Origin: Escherichia phage cardinal
Reading direction: 5' to 3' (one strand)
Length of the DNA: 64,000 nt
Sequence record: PQ567651.1
The notes beneath the pieces are model-generated. The model did no database searches. It was given only the letters and a program-made list of their open reading frames with translations, and was not told the DNA's origin. Each line of letters opens with the position of its first letter. Position 1 is the first letter of the stretch. Both the position numbers and the translations under genes were made by a program. Positions 63,720 to 64,000 of the stretch are shown here, piece after piece.

Positions 63720-64000
63720 ATGAACATCACACTAGCAACTAAGAATATTACAGAAACTTTTGATGGTTTTGGCATTATTATTGCTGTTCATGGGCATAAC
63801 GAAAAATGGTTAGCCTCTTTTGAAGAGGACAAAGAACGCAATGTACGTTTGAATGCACCAATCAAAGTTTTACACCAGGTAGGTGAGAATAAGAAACAAT
63901 GGAGATCATACAAAGAGTGGAACATTACGAACGAGTTAATACACAAACTTGACAAAGTGATAAACATGTTCGACAATGCACCAAGCAGTGCAAAACGTGT
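63720..64000 (+). CDS. hypothetical protein, 5' part; continues past window end
   Basis: ATG after AAGAGG, open to window end; absent from track because no stop in window. Confidence 0.4.
   Translation, partial: MNITLATKNITETFDGFGIIIAVHGHNEKWLASFEEDKERNVRLNAPIKVLHQVGENKKQWRSYKEWNITNELIHKLDKVINMFDNAPSSAKR

Noticed and set aside
63788-63976. Minus-strand track ORF of 62 aa
   Set aside because: Antisense to a plus-strand ORF with a good RBS that starts at 63720 and runs off the window.

Overview
This window looks like part of a large virulent dsDNA phage genome (T4-type/myovirus-like gene content), densely packed and organised in strand-switching blocks; no host genes, tRNAs or CRISPR arrays were seen. 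Calls rest on motifs read from the translations; no database search was run. Coordinates I derived myself (adjusted starts, small ORFs, regulatory elements) may be off by a few nt. Layout: (1) 1..1241 minus: a PRPP-synthetase-like gene followed by a NAMPT-family gene that runs off the window edge, a candidate NAD+ salvage/reconstitution pair. (2) 1663..34718 plus: an early/middle-type block with an RNA-repair trio (metallophosphoesterase, Rnl1-like RNA ligase, Pnk-like kinase), a second ligase-like nucleotidyltransferase, RdgC-like protein, RNase H/FEN, DEDD exonuclease, HNH endonuclease, thymidine kinase, HAD nucleotidase, ThyX, NrdA/NrdB, RmlD-like reductase, glutaredoxin, T4-type lysozyme, PhoH, HslV-like peptidase, two DNA methyltransferases, a serine recombinase, a frameshifted lambda-type Ser/Thr phosphatase, a SLOG/DprA-like protein and a Sir2-like protein. 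(3) 34894..46542 minus: about 40 small hypothetical ORFs. (4) 46543..48439: 1.9 kb AT-rich non-coding region with Fur-box-like palindromes and tandem repeats. (5) 48440..56901 minus: small ORFs, most with their own sigma70-like promoter; about a dozen carry a conserved GC stem-loop, resembling the promoter-early-stem-loop cassettes of T4-type hyperplastic regions. (6) 57170..58180 plus, then 0.9 kb non-coding repeat region. (7) 59083..63600 minus: NADAR protein, Zn-ribbon-repeat/T5orf172-like protein, AAA+ ATPase, membrane proteins and a DUF2829(Tad2-fold)-like fusion protein. The most interesting candidates are the several NAD+/ADP-ribose-related genes (possible counter-defence), the promoter-stem-loop cassette array, the Fur-box-like non-coding regions and three apparent homopolymer frameshifts.
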